A stretch of 64,000 bases of DNA from Vicugna vicugna. Its lineage: Eukaryota. Made by a program: the position numbers and the translations under genes. A model generated the notes under the pieces. The model was given only the letters and a program-made list of their open reading frames with translations, did no database searches and had not been told where the DNA came from. Shown here piece by piece: positions 24,479 to 39,912 of this stretch. The stretch lies in the NCBI GenBank assembly GCA_013265495.1, contig MU058045.1, forward strand, positions 443,241 to 507,240, written 5' to 3'. Each line of letters starts with the position of its first letter. Position 1 is the stretch's first letter.

Positions 24479-27400
24479 ATGGTCATCCAGAAAGAGAAGA
24501 AGAGCTGCGGGCAGGTGGTTGAGGAGTGGAAGGAGTTCGTGTGGAACCCGAGGACGCATCAGTTCATGGGCCGCACCGGGACCAGCTGGGGTACGCAGGG
24601 CCGGCCGCGCGAGGGGAGGGGGTCCGCCAGGCGACGCCCCGGGGGCACCAGGTCTCGTCGGTCCAGCCCCAGCTCCTTTCCCGGGTCCCCAGCGTCCAGC
24701 CCCCCTGCCGGGCTCTGGGCTGGGAGGGGGCCGAATCGCAGGTCTAATCTCCCTGGCTGGCCGCTGCGGAGGCGGAGAAAGTAGGTCACTGCCGCCTTCC
24801 TGCCCCCCGCGGAGCCCCCTCGCGCGGGGGGTCGCGGGCTCTGCGCGCCTGTCCGCGCCGCGGCGCTCGCGCTCCCTGTCGGGGCCGGTCAGCGCCACAC
24901 GGTCGTCCCCCCTTCCCCAGAATAGCGCCCCTTCCCTCCCTCTGGCTCTCCCTAGCTAGCCAAGCCCGTCTATTTTTAGCTCGTGCCCACCCCTTGGACC
25001 CTGGGAACATTCATGAGAGGGCGGGTCTTGGAGAGGTAGGGTGTGTATAGGAGGGGGTTCTTCACAGCGGAAGTTGTCTGTATCCTACTGCCGAGTATTT
25101 TGGAGCCTTTTGTGGCTGCTTTGTGGGTGGGAGGGTTGCTGGCCAGGGTTGCCACTGTGAGGTTTTCGAGGTTAGATGTTTGGCTCTGATGTCGCAGGCA
25201 GAGGGAGTGGTCACTAGTGCTGAGATGCGTACATCATCTGGCCCAGTGTGTCTGTGGGCTTGGGGTGGCCTGGCACCTTCCCCACCTTCCCCACCCATAC
25301 CTTGGTGGGACTCACAAGGTGTGAAGGGAGTTGTGTCTGGTTGAGGGTTTGGTGCTGGACATAGGTGCCAGTGACAGGTGGAATTCTTCCAAAAGGGATT
25401 TTCAAGCTGGGAAGTCGAAGCACATGGACATTGTGTGACACACTTTACAGTTCATCCACACTAATTGAAGCTATCCCCATTAGCCCACCCACCTAGGGGC
25501 CTTTGAGGTGGGTCTGATGCAGTCCTTGCCGCAGGAAACTTGCAGTTCAGCCCCTGGGACTGGAGGGGTCCATGAGTTCTTGGGAGAATCTGAGGCAGCT
25601 TCATGGGGTATGCGTCTTCTGAGATGGAAGAACTGAGGGTCTGGGGTAGTGGAAACAGCAGGTACTCACACTAGGCTGAGGAGTGATGGACGGAGTGATG
25701 AGTCAGATCCACCAAGGACCAGCTCTTTGCCTGGAAGGCTGTGTGAGATCTACCTTTACTCCCAGCTCTGCCCTGGGTGCTGTGTATGAGTTGGGAGTAG
25801 GTGACAGTTGAAGGTTCTGGTCAGCTGTCTCTGAGAGACTCTGCAACTTGACAGGAGCCTCATTCAAGGTTTGGCTTTTGTGGGGCTCCAAGAGAGAGAA
25901 GATTTTGCTGTTTGAGGGTGAGGGTCCACACTCTCAGGGATGGGATGAGAGTTTGGTTGTGAAGCAGGCCACTGCCAGCTTAAAAAGTCATTGTGCTGGA
26001 CAGCTTCAAGCATGAGTACCGATACAGTGGAAACAGATGTGCCTTTTCAGGGTCATGAAACTTGAGAAGTTAGAAATGTAATTTGAGGCAAAATGATTGT
26101 GGCCTGTTCTAGAGGTTGTCCCAGCAATGAGAGTTTAGGGCTCTTGTGGCTTCCACAAGGTTGGGCCTCACTGTGCTGTAGGACTAGTTGGGGCTGGGGA
26201 GTCATGGCTGGAAGCCAGACACAACTGTCTTTTTCCAGCTGGTCCCCTTTTGCTCCCAGGGGAAGGCTCCAAGATGTTCCCGAGGCTCTTCGACCTATTC
26301 CTGTGTAGAACTCTGAACGGGAGTGGGGTGTATGGGAATAGGTGAGGTCATCAAGGAAGACCTGGTGCCTGCTGACCCTGTTTCCTCCTCCGTAGCCTTT
26401 ATCCTCCTCTTTTACCTCGTCTTCTATGGCTTCCTCACCGCCATGTTCACCCTCACCATGTGGGTGATGCTGCAGACTGTCTCTGACCATACCCCCAAGT
26501 ACCAGGACCGACTGGCCACGCCGGGTGAGTGATGCAGCTCCCCCCACCAGCCACTCTATCTTGTGCCCCCATGCCTCCAAGAGGAACTCACAGGACGAGA
26601 ACTCACAGTTCTTCTCAGAGGTTTGGTTCTGATGATCCAGTCGCCGTGTGCAGGGAAGTTCTTCTTGAAGTCTGTCTTCCCATTTCCCACAGCAGAGAGC
26701 TATGTGATCTGGGGAGGTGGCAGATGTTCACAGGAGATCTTCCTCCAGTGGAGATGATCTCAGATCTTCACCCTATCCCTCACCCTGGTTTGTTCATCGT
26801 CTTCCCTCTGTGTGGTCCCTCGTCTTATATATGCTTCTCACTCTTGCCTTTATTGGCTAGGCCTGATGATTCGCCCTAAGACTGAGAACCTTGATGTCAT
26901 TGTCAACGTGAGTGATACTGAAAGCTGGGACCAGCATGTTCAGAAGCTCAACAAGTTCTTGGAGCGTGAGTGTGGTACTGATGATATGGCTGTGCAGGAC
27001 CTCCGGAAGGGAACTGGGGACCCTGGGAGCGGAACATTAGGCCCATGACTCTCTCTCCCCCACCTCCTTAGCTTACAACGACTCCATCCAAGCCCAAAAG
27101 AATGACGTCTGCCGCCCTGGGCGCTATTATGAACAGCCAGATAACGGAGTCCTCAACTACCCAAAACGTGCCTGCCAGTTCAACCGGACCCAGCTGGGCG
27201 ACTGCTCGGGCATTGGGGACCCCACCCACTATGGTTATAGCACTGGACAGCCCTGTGTCTTCATCAAGATGAACCGGGTACCCAGGACCTTAGTTCCCAG
27301 GGAGAACAGAGGAGGGAGCTGGGGCCACCATCTGCTGGCAGTTGCTTCCTTTCACTGGGGTTCATGGGCTTTGGGAGATTTTTAGATGTTTGAGTGGCTG

Positions 27401-28701
27401 AGAGAACAAGAGAGATGGGACCATTGATGGCTGAGAGCATGGATCCTTATGTCTTTGACAACTTCTTTCTCTAATCCTCACCACTCTTTCTCCTAACTCC
27501 AGGTCATCAACTTCTATGCAGGAGCGAACCAGAGCATGAATGTTACCTGCGTGGGGAAGGTGAGTTTGTTGGGCCTTGTCCACCTGCCCTCCTGTTTGTC
27601 CTTCAAGGTTTCCCTGTCATTCACTCATCTCTCCCTATCTCCCTTGCTCCCAGAGGCCCCATCACCATAGGGACAAGGGGGTAAGAGTGGACTCCAGTAT
27701 GGCTCCAACCCCAAGGGGCTCCCACCCCTCTTGTTTCTCTCTAGGATACAGAAGCTTGCTCTTTGGTGTTGATAGATACCCCCTTCCTGACTCTACCTAC
27801 CACCTTCTTGCCCTAACCCTTCCATCTTCTCTATTCCCTGACCATGCTTTCCCCTCTCCCTCCCATATCTCTCCTGCCCCTCCATTCTTTTTAAGTATCT
27901 AGTAGCTGCTGATCTGTAAATGCCACCTGCCACCACTAAGTTGTCCTTAGAACCCTGGACCCCCCACCTCTGTCCTCTCTAGGAACGTTCCGCTCCTCTT
28001 CAGTCAACCCCCTCCTTCCTTCCTACTGAGTCCTTACTCATTTATCTGTTCTCTCTTGGCTCTGCTCCAGAAACCGATTCCTGAGGATGGGGTAAGAATT
28101 TGGGGTGGGAGGGCAGTAGGAGGCTCCAGGCTCATTAGCGCCCTTCAGGACTTCCCAGTCCGATGAGAGACAGGACACCCCTTCTGCGCACACGCAAACC
28201 CACCCGGCCTCAGCTCAAGGGAAACGGATTTGAGACAGACTAATTTGGGGTGAAGGAAGAACAGAGGAAAGTCTGGAGAGCTTCTGGGTTCCTGCCATCC
28301 CTAACATGCTCTCCCCCACCCTCTTGCGCCCCCACAGCGAGATGAAGATGCCGAGAATCTCGGCAGCTTCGTCATGTTCCCGGCGAACGGCAACATCGAC
28401 CTCATGTACTTCCCCTACTACGGCAAAAAGTTCCACGTAAGTCCCGTGGAAGGCGGGGGGCCCCAGGGGAGCGGGGTCCTGGGCAGGAGGCCTCGTTGCC
28501 GCGGGTCTGCACCCTCTCTCTCCTCCTCTGGCCCAGGTGAACTACACGCAGCCACTCGTGGCCGTGAAGTTCCTGAATGTGACCCCTAACGTGGAGGTGA
28601 ACGTGGAATGCCGCATCAATGCCGCCAACATCGCCACTGACGACGAGCGCGACAAGTTCGCAGGGCGCGTGGCCTTCAAACTCCGCATCAACAAAACCTG
28701 A
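24479..28701 (+). CDS. ATP1B2: Na+/K+-ATPase beta-2 subunit (AMOG), 290 aa, intact
   Basis: Exons 24479-24590, 26396-26524, 26861-26965, 27072-27277, 27503-27559, 28338-28436, 28537-28701 (873 nt, all GT-AG). [50 protein letters not shown]...YFPYYGKK...[12 protein letters not shown]. Confidence 0.98.
27654..27680 (+). CDS. ATP1B2: Candidate 27-nt alternative microexon of ATP1B2 (RPHHHRDKG)
   Basis: Pyrimidine tract plus TGCTCCCAG acceptor, GGG|GTAAGA donor, phase 0-0, no stop codon. Confidence 0.6.
28071..28091 (+). CDS. ATP1B2: Candidate 21-nt alternative microexon of ATP1B2 (KPIPEDG)
   Basis: Pyrimidine tract plus TGCTCCAG acceptor, GGG|GTAAGA donor, phase 0-0, no stop codon. Confidence 0.6.
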
Positions 28702-29068
28702 GACCCCTTCCTCCCGCCCCCAGCTCTTTTCCTATGGATGCTTCTGGAATGTCCACTACCTTGCCTGAGCCCTCCCTCACCCACCCCAAAGGTATTTTTT
28801 ATAACAGAGCTATGGCTTGTCTGAGCCTCGTGCCCCTTTCCTTTACTTCTGAGTGCATTGTGATTCCCTGGCTACACACATTCTCCACCACCTTCTTCCC
28901 ATCCTAGCTCAGTCAGAGACAGGGAGACAAGACCCCAAGATGGTCACAGAGGAGGTAGGAGCCTTTCTAGTTCTGGCATAGCAGTGAGTGGGGCATCCTC
29001 CTAGCTACCCACCTTCCTGCCCTCTTGTCCTGAGAGAAGGTGCCCACTCTCCCATCCACCCACCTTCT

Positions 29069-29072
<4 letters not shown>

Positions 29073-29104
<32 letters not shown>
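29073..29104 (+). repeat. (CA)16 microsatellite in the ATP1B2 3'UTR
   Basis: Directly visible. Confidence 0.95.
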
Positions 29105-29108
<4 letters not shown>

Positions 29109-29149
29109 TCATTTCACCCCTTAGCTTCCAGACATGTATGTGGCATCCT

Positions 29150-29255
29150 TCTTTTTTTTTTTTTAACTGAAGTATGGTTGACCTATAACACTACCTTAGT
29201 TCCAGGTGCACAGCATAGTGATTTAATATTTCTGTACATTACAAACTGGTCACCA
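29150..29255 (-). mobile_element. Short L1 3'-end fragment in the ATP1B2 3'UTR
   Basis: Poly-T followed by AACTGAAGTATGGTTGACCTATAAC...TTAGTTCCAGGTGCACAGCATAGTGATT, an L1MA-type 3' terminus in antisense. Confidence 0.7.
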
Positions 29256-30281
29256 CTGTGGCCCTCCATCCTTCCATTCAAGCTCTGCCACTGTCACCTT
29301 CCTCTGTCTCCCATGCCTTCTGCCTTGTCTACGACAGTCACTGTCTCGGTGGCTTTTGTCTTGTCTGGCTCCTCTGGCTGCTCTTCCCCTACTTCTCCAT
29401 TCCTGTTCCCTCCACTGAAAGGGGACCGCTTGTGACTGAGGACAAGGTGGCTCAGTGGCCTTTTCTCTTTCCTGGCACATCCAGCTTCTGACTGCATGTT
29501 GACTGCATGAGCTGGGAATGAAAGTCTGGAAGAGAAGTCCGTGTTAGTTCTTGAAAGTTCTCTTCCTGGTCCTTCTTGTCACCCAACTAGGCACTCCTCA
29601 GAGGGGCGGGGTTGACCTAGGCTGAATATCCACTTTGTTTTTTCCGACGGCTCCCTTCCCCCTGTTCCCTTTCCCAGAATATCCTTCAAGTTCTACTTCC
29701 CAGGCGCCCTGGGGGAGGGGCAGCCATTTTGGCTGGGTCCCCAGTGGCCACCTTGGAAACGTCAGCTGGCGACGGGAGGACTCTTCCACCTTCTTCCCCT
29801 GCGCCCAGATCTGCCCCCACCATCCTCCCTCTGGCTTCTCTTAGCAAGTTATCAACTAATCACTAACTCCTTCCCTTTCCTCCGCATGCCAGCGTGAAAA
29901 CTGCAAACACCTCCTCAATCTGAGGCTCTGAGTTTCTTGGCCCCATCTCCCTCAGACCCCTTTGCCTTTTTAAACAACCCCCTAGTGCCCACAGAATGTT
30001 AAATGAGGGACCGCCTGTGTTCTTGAATTAGAGAGGGATTTTAACTCTTTCTTCCCCCACACCCTTCACTTCGTCACCTCCCACTCCCCCTCCTTTTTTT
30101 TTTGATACTGCAGCTTCCACACCCCACCTACAGATAGACCCTTCCTGTTTTTACTCTTGCTGGATCTGAGTCTCTTCCCTTTGGGTCCCCATGTTTCCCT
30201 GCTCTCCCCTCTCCCCAGTGGTCTCTCTCTGCAGTTATTTAATGCCTGTGTCATATCTACTGTAAAAAGAGGATAAAGTAC

Positions 30282-30287
30282 AATAAA
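30282..30287 (+). terminator. ATP1B2 polyadenylation signal AATAAA
   Basis: AATAAA about 1.6 kb after the stop, followed by an AT-rich and then a GT-rich tract. Confidence 0.75.
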
Positions 30288-31299
30288 ATGAGAGCAATTA
30301 TATATATATAAATATATATCATACATGGACCCCTGCGTGTGGGTTGTTCCTTTCTGAGCATTTGGAAGATTTCCAGGAAGTGGGTGGAGGGTGGAATTGG
30401 GTGACCCGGGGTTACCTAGGCCTTGGGGAGGCTGTTTTCCAGCTTTGACCTCTTCCGTCCAGTGTCCAAGCATCTGCCTCCTAGCTCACTCCATCACCTG
30501 TACTATCTTGAGATCACTCAACAGAGAGGCAGGAAGCCTGCATCCCTCTGTACAGTGATACTTGTAAAGTGCCTACTCTGTGCATTCTAGGCACCGTGAG
30601 GACATACTTACGAGAGAGGCAGAGTTTTTGCCCCCAAGGAGCTCCCCAGTTTAACAGGAGAGGGGAGGAGCACACAAGAAACTCTCAAACCAGGTAGACC
30701 TAAACCTACTTCCAGGTGGGGGGAAAGCTGGTGAGAACAAAACTCGGAGTGATCAACCACTTTTCAGTCTTGGCTTTGAAGGGATTTCTTTCTTAGAGGT
30801 TTAAAGGATGGAGTGGTTTTGGGGGAGAGAATAGCATCAGTAAATGCCTACAGACAGATGAGGGAAACTGACTAGAAGCAAGAGATCTCAAAACAGTATG
30901 AACCATAGCATCCCAGTTTGGTATGTGAAAAAAAAGTACACACACAAGCATAGCAAAAAAGGATGGATGCGTCTACACAACGTTTATTGTAGTATATGGA
31001 GATGGATTTATAGCTAATTTTTGTATCCTTGGGGCTTATTTTTGTTTGCAATGAGTTGGTCTTAGCATTTGCCTTGTAAAGATAGCTTTATTATGCATAC
31101 ATATACACACAGTTTTATTATGAATGCATAGTACAAACACATGGGCATGCACACACACACACACGCAGGGATCACTGGGTTTTGGTCAGTCATACCAAAA
31201 CTGGATATTATACACAGTTTGCATCTTACTGTTCACTCAATTCCACCTGGCCTGGTATAGCTCCTATTCATTTAAAAAAAATGATTGCATATTTTTTCA

Positions 31300-32900
31300 T
31301 TCTTCCTTTGTTAATTTATTAGCGCTCCTTGACAGTTGCAGTTATAAACTATTTTCTGCGTTGTAAAATTTACTCCAACTGATTTTACTGTTTATAGTTT
31401 TTTTTTTAATGTTAAAAAGGGGTTTGTGTTTTCATACCATCAAATATGCTTAGTTGTTCTTTTGCAGTCTCTGGTGTTCCAGTCAGTAGGGTATATTCTT
31501 ATCACTTTTAAAAAATCCATAATTTAGTCCCATTGAATTGAAATGCCAACTTTGGCCATATAGTACATTTTCCTGTATGCTGAAATCTACTTCTGGATTC
31601 ACTACTTGCTGCCTGTGGCTTGTTTACCACTGCATACACCAAGCCATATTGATCTGATTCCAGTTTTATAGTATGTTTTCTGATATCTAGCAAGGCAAGT
31701 AGGTTTCCCATCCCCTGCACCTTGTTTATTTTTTGTTGTTTTTTTTTTTAAAAAACTGTTGGCTATCCTTGGGCACTTACTATTCTCTATAAATTTATAA
31801 CAAATGTATCCAATTTACAAAAACAAAAGCCATCAACACTTGGGCTTCTAATTGGAATTGCAATGACTCTTTATTTCAGGAGAATTGAGCTTTTTTAGGA
31901 TACTAAGTTTTTCCATCTAAGAACATGCTCTCTTTCCTTTTGTTTGCAGCTGGGTTTATGTCCTTAAATAAGGTTCTATAGTTTTCTTCATGTAGGTTCT
32001 GTGCCTATTTGTGTGTGTGTGTGTGTGTGTGATTCTTAAGAAAAAGATTACTCATCTGAATGGAATATTTTTTCATTCTTTTTTTCTCAGTGCTTTTGCA
32101 GTAAGATAAAATATTTTTCTCCTATTCATTTATTTTAATTCCATCAGCTCTCTATTATTAACTAAGAAGTCAGTCTTCAGGTACACATTCATATGATCAA
32201 AAAGGCAAAGATTTTATATATATAAAATATATATACTTTACCAATTTTTAAAAATCCTCTTGAGTGCTCTAAAACCGTTGTTAGTGGGCATCCCTGTATA
32301 GTTCTTAACATATTGAAAATTGAAATTATCTTAGGGTAATACTGGCATTCCATTACTATTTCAACTAAGGTTTGTTTTTTTTAAAGGGATGGCTGCTGAA
32401 ATTTAATCAAATTCCTTTCAGCATCTCTTGATATGATCATATTTTTCTTTCTTAACTTGTTAATACAATGAATTATGTTGACAGATTCTCTATTAAATCA
32501 ACTATGCTCCTGGAACAAACCCTACTTGGTTAAAAAGATTCATCAGTGTGTTCTGATACTATTCAGATATTTTGCTTCTCTCTCTGTAAGTTAATTTGGC
32601 TTCTAGTTTTTTAGTATCTTGATCAGGTTTTATTAGTGAAACCACAATAACTTTACATGAAGTGGAGATTTCACTTTCCCTATGGTCCAGAATAGTTTAG
32701 ATAACGTTGGATCAATTGTCCTTACTTGTTCTTTTTCCCTCCATCAAGCTCTTGAGTTTTTCTTTTCTTTTTAAAAGTTTCTCTTTTTTAAAGCCCTGCT
32801 TTTGAATTTATCCTTTCAAGCAAGTTTGCTTTCTCTCTCAATAATTTATACCTTTAATTTTTAGGATGCATGCTAGGTTCCTTTATTTTTAAATAATGGA
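31300..32900 (-). mobile_element. Degraded L1 ORF2 fragment between ATP1B2 and TP53 (contains (TG)11 at 32010-32031)
   Basis: T-rich antisense L1 text (GGATGGCTGCTGAAATTTAATCAAATTCCTTTCAGCATCTCTTGATATGATCATATTTTT). Boundaries are approximate. Confidence 0.65.
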
Positions 32901-33783
32901 AGTATTTATGGTTTACATTTTCTTCATTGTACAACTGTTGCTGGCTGTTACAGATGTAGGGACCCTGTGTTCCTGAAACCAGGGAGATAAGTTTTTAAAA
33001 GTTATTCCAAACTGTAGTGGAACAGGATTTGGGTTCTTCAAGTTTGAGGGAAGAGGCTATGTCTGCTACGAGCCCCCATGGCCTAGAACAGTGCTGGGCA
33101 CAAGCAAGGTACCAACCAATATCTGCTGGCCAGATTGTCAGAGGAATGAACACAACCAGAGGGAAGGAAGTGAGCAGGTGACCAGAGAGGTCAGGGACTC
33201 GTTGGAGGTCACACAGCTTAGTAGAGCTGGCCTGAAAACCCAGGACTAATAATTCTCAGCCCAGTAATCTATCAGCTCATAAAGGGATCGGCAGAGCCAG
33301 AATGGACCTGCTTTGCAAAGGAGTACAGCAGAGATAAAAAGTGCTAAAGACATACTCTAGAGAAATGTTGAGAGTAGGGGGTGCTGGATGCTGGCCAGAA
33401 AGAGAGCTTCAAGGTGACCTGTCTACAGGAGTGAGGCTAGGGAGTTTCAAGTGCTCTGGTTTGCCAAGGGCCTGGCTGGTGGAGAGAAAAGGCGAAGTTA
33501 AAGATCTCTGACAGAGGTGGTTCTGGGTCTCCTGGGGAGAGTGTTTGGCATTCCCCAGCAAGAGAAAAAAAGGTGGTTTTGAGGTCAAGAAGCTTGGTGG
33601 CTTTACAGCTGTCTGGGATCCTCAGGGCATGCCAAGGGACTCCCATGGGCACTTTTAAGTCAGGTTGAGAGACAGTGGCCCCAGAAGCCCCTCTGGACCT
33701 TACTCCCCTCTCTCTGCCTCCAAGGAGGAGGCAGGATGAGCCATGTCCCCGCTGTCTGGCCATCCCTCCAAGCACTAGCTCAG

Positions 33784-33797
33784 GCAGCAGGGGGCGA
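33784..33797 (+). promoter_or_regulatory. CTCF-like motif downstream of TP53
   Basis: GCAGCAGGGGGCGA, near-consensus. Confidence 0.5.
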
Positions 33798-34508
33798 TGG
33801 GGCAGAGCTTGCCCCCAACCCCCCTCCCTGGGAGCTGGCAGCACTGAGGAACAGAACGGTGGGGGGTGCTGGACTTCCCAGGCTCGGCTCTCCTCCCTAC
33901 CCCAAGAAGCCCTTTGAAAGGTTTTTCTGGCAGAGTTTAAAGCTTCAATTCATTCAACTGGCTGGCATGAGGCCCGGATGAGGGGATGCTGGGAAGGCCC
34001 CAGCCCCACGTCTCGGCCCTCACCTTAGCCGCCCCCAGCCACCCCCTACTCTCTCTCCTCATCCAATAGCAGCACCCCCCCACCTTGGGAACCCAGGTAT
34101 CCTGCCCTTTTCCCGCAGAGCAGATGGCCACCCCAGAGGCTCAGGCTTGCTAAATCAGACATTTAAATCCCGTAATCCTTGGTGAGAGGCTGAGAGCGGG
34201 TAGCAGCCCAATCCTAGAAGCAGGAGCAGAAGACCTTGTGCCAGCCCTGGCGGGAGGGGAGGGGGGACAGTTGGTTGCTGAGTTATGAATGGAGTCACCC
34301 CTTCCCTTATTGTCATGCAGCCTGCAGACTGACCCAGTCTCCAGCTTTTGTTCTCCTCCCGGAACCCGGGCGTTGGCCCCCCCAAACCCACTCCCAGAAG
34401 ACTCAGGTGGTTGCCTCCCAACCTCACTTCCTCCTTCATCCCTGCCCCGTGCGCCCCAGGTACCCTGCAATGGCACCAATCCCTCAGACACACTGATGGT
34501 AGCAAAGT

Positions 34509-34514
34509 TTTATT
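34509..34514 (-). terminator. TP53 polyadenylation signal AATAAA
   Basis: The minus strand reads TTTTACAATAAAACTTTGCT, matching the conserved TP53 3' end, about 845 nt after the stop. Confidence 0.85.
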
Positions 34515-34904
34515 GTAAAATAAACTGATATAAAAATGGGATATAAAAAGGGAAGGGAAGGGGTGCGGGTGATAAATGCAGATGTGCCCTGCAGAGTACA
34601 AAAGAAATCTGCCTCAGAATTTGGGGGAAGTAAAACAGATCTTGATAGATACACCACGGATGGAATCCTCCAGGGTGTGGGATGGGGGTGAGACCTCCTC
34701 TTAAGTGCTGAGGTTCACCAAGAGGTTACACAGGATTTGGCAGGGCCAGCAGAGAAGGACCTTAGACATCCCCTCCCCTTAACCAGCTGCTCAGTCAAGT
34801 CACAGAAACTCTCAACCCATCCACTAAAGGGGACACACAACCAGTGCCCACGAGGGCACTAAGTTCTAGACATCATGCAATAGAAGGTGGCTCTGGGGCC
34901 AGAC

Positions 34905-35035
34905 ACACATTATTTCATTAACCCTCACAACAAACCCCGTGAGGTAGGTATGATTACCAGCATTTTATAAGTGTTGACAATGAAGTTGGAGAAACTCAAC
35001 AACTTAATATAGTTTCCTTAGCTAGTATGGTGGAG
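34905..35035. mobile_element. MIR SINE in the TP53 3'UTR
   Basis: TTATTTCATTAACCCTCACAACAAACCCCGTGAGGTAGGT... is MIR core text. Confidence 0.65.
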
Positions 35036-35357
35036 AACGGGGCTTCCTACGCCCGTATACGGCCGCTTGGAAAACGTTCCTTCCATGCAGGAACACCTTC
35101 CTACCTCTCACAAAGTTCCGCACAGTAAAAACCTTATAAGCTAAGCTGTAAAGCCTCAGCACCCGCTACATCCCACCCCCAAAACCACCAGTGCAGGCCA
35201 ACTTCTTTAGCAGAGCCCGGGCCAAGCAAATGGAAGAATTGCAGAATGTCTGAGGCACATCTGCACCAAGCAGAGGTCTTAGCACCTGAGTCCCAAAAAA
35301 TGCCAGGGGAGGGGGATGAGGGCAGGGGTGTCAACAGGAGAAAGGAAGCAGAAGACG

Positions 35358-38724
<3,367 letters not shown>

Positions 38725-39786
38725 GTCAGCTCCTCAGAAGGCAGTGGGGCCGCTGTGCGGAGAAAGGTGGGGATCTAGCCCAAGGTACACGCGACCTGGG
38801 TCACCTGGCCCTGAGGCAGGAGGGACTCCCTCCACCCCCTGACTTCCAGAGGAGCAGGGCCGCTCCTTCACAACTCAGGCTGCGCCTAACCCTCACCACA
38901 CACTCCCTTGAGGGAAAAAGACAACCAGAGAGGAACTTCCAACCTCCCACCACGGAATCCACAAGCGCTCCTCAATGTGTACTCTGTTTCTGCACTCCTT
39001 TGCTGTCAACAAGATGAAGCAACTCTCAGCCCGCTCACTCCATCTGGGGGAAGATACCTCCCTTGACCCCCGCATTCCCCACCCTGTCCTTTAGGACGGC
39101 TCCTCATCCCTGCCTTACAAACCCCTCAACCCAGCCCCTGTCTACCTCTTCGATCTCACTTTCTAGCACCCTCTCCCTTCTCTGATGCTTGGGCCCCACT
39201 GGCTGCCCTTCCCTGCTCATCATACACTCCCCCAGTTCACTTAACTGGTGCTTCCCTCTACTGGGAACATGGGTCCTGCCATCGCCACAGGCTAAGCTCC
39301 TTCTCAGAGACTTCATTGTCAATGTCACACCTCAGCCGGGATGTCTTCCCAGGCCTCTCAATCAAAGCCAGCCAGCCAAACTCTGTCACCTTATTTTAGT
39401 TCAGGTCACCTGGTTTTAATTCTCGAGTACATACACTACCTGATACCTTTTCTTGCTCATTTTGTCAGTTTCCTCCACTGGAATATAGACTTCCTCAGGG
39501 CAGGGAAGTTGTCTTGTTCACCACAGTTACTAGCATAATGCCCTGCACCTGGTCAGGCTCAATAACTGTGGTAAATAAGTGAATTGTTGTCCAGGCTGTG
39601 AGCTGGTTATGAGCAGTCAGGGGAGCAAGGGGGATGGAGGGGTGGCTGCGGCCTGGGCCAGGGCCCTGCAGTGGGCTATCCCACCACCGTCTTATCTCCT
39701 AGGCCATCTTTCTTGATGACAAATTTGTCATCAACTTTTCTCAAAAACATGCATGCTGCAAAAGTCCATGTTCGTAATACTTACGG

Positions 39787-39912
39787 GTTTTTTTTTGGTG
39801 GGGGGAGGTAAATAGGTTTATTTTTCTTTATTTATTTACAGAGGTACTGGGGATTGAAACTAGGACCTCCTGCACGCTAAGCAAACTGCACCACTGAGCT
39901 ATACCTACCCGC
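39787..39912 (-). mobile_element. tRNA-derived SINE (Vic-1-like) in TP53 intron 1
   Basis: Poly-T, GGGGGAGGTAAATAGGTTT, GTACTGGGGATTGAAAC, CCACTGAGCTATAC. Confidence 0.8.

Noticed and set aside
24263..24959. 211-aa and 146-aa ORFs in the ATP1B2 CpG island
   Set aside because: GC-rich shadow ORFs with no recognisable domain.
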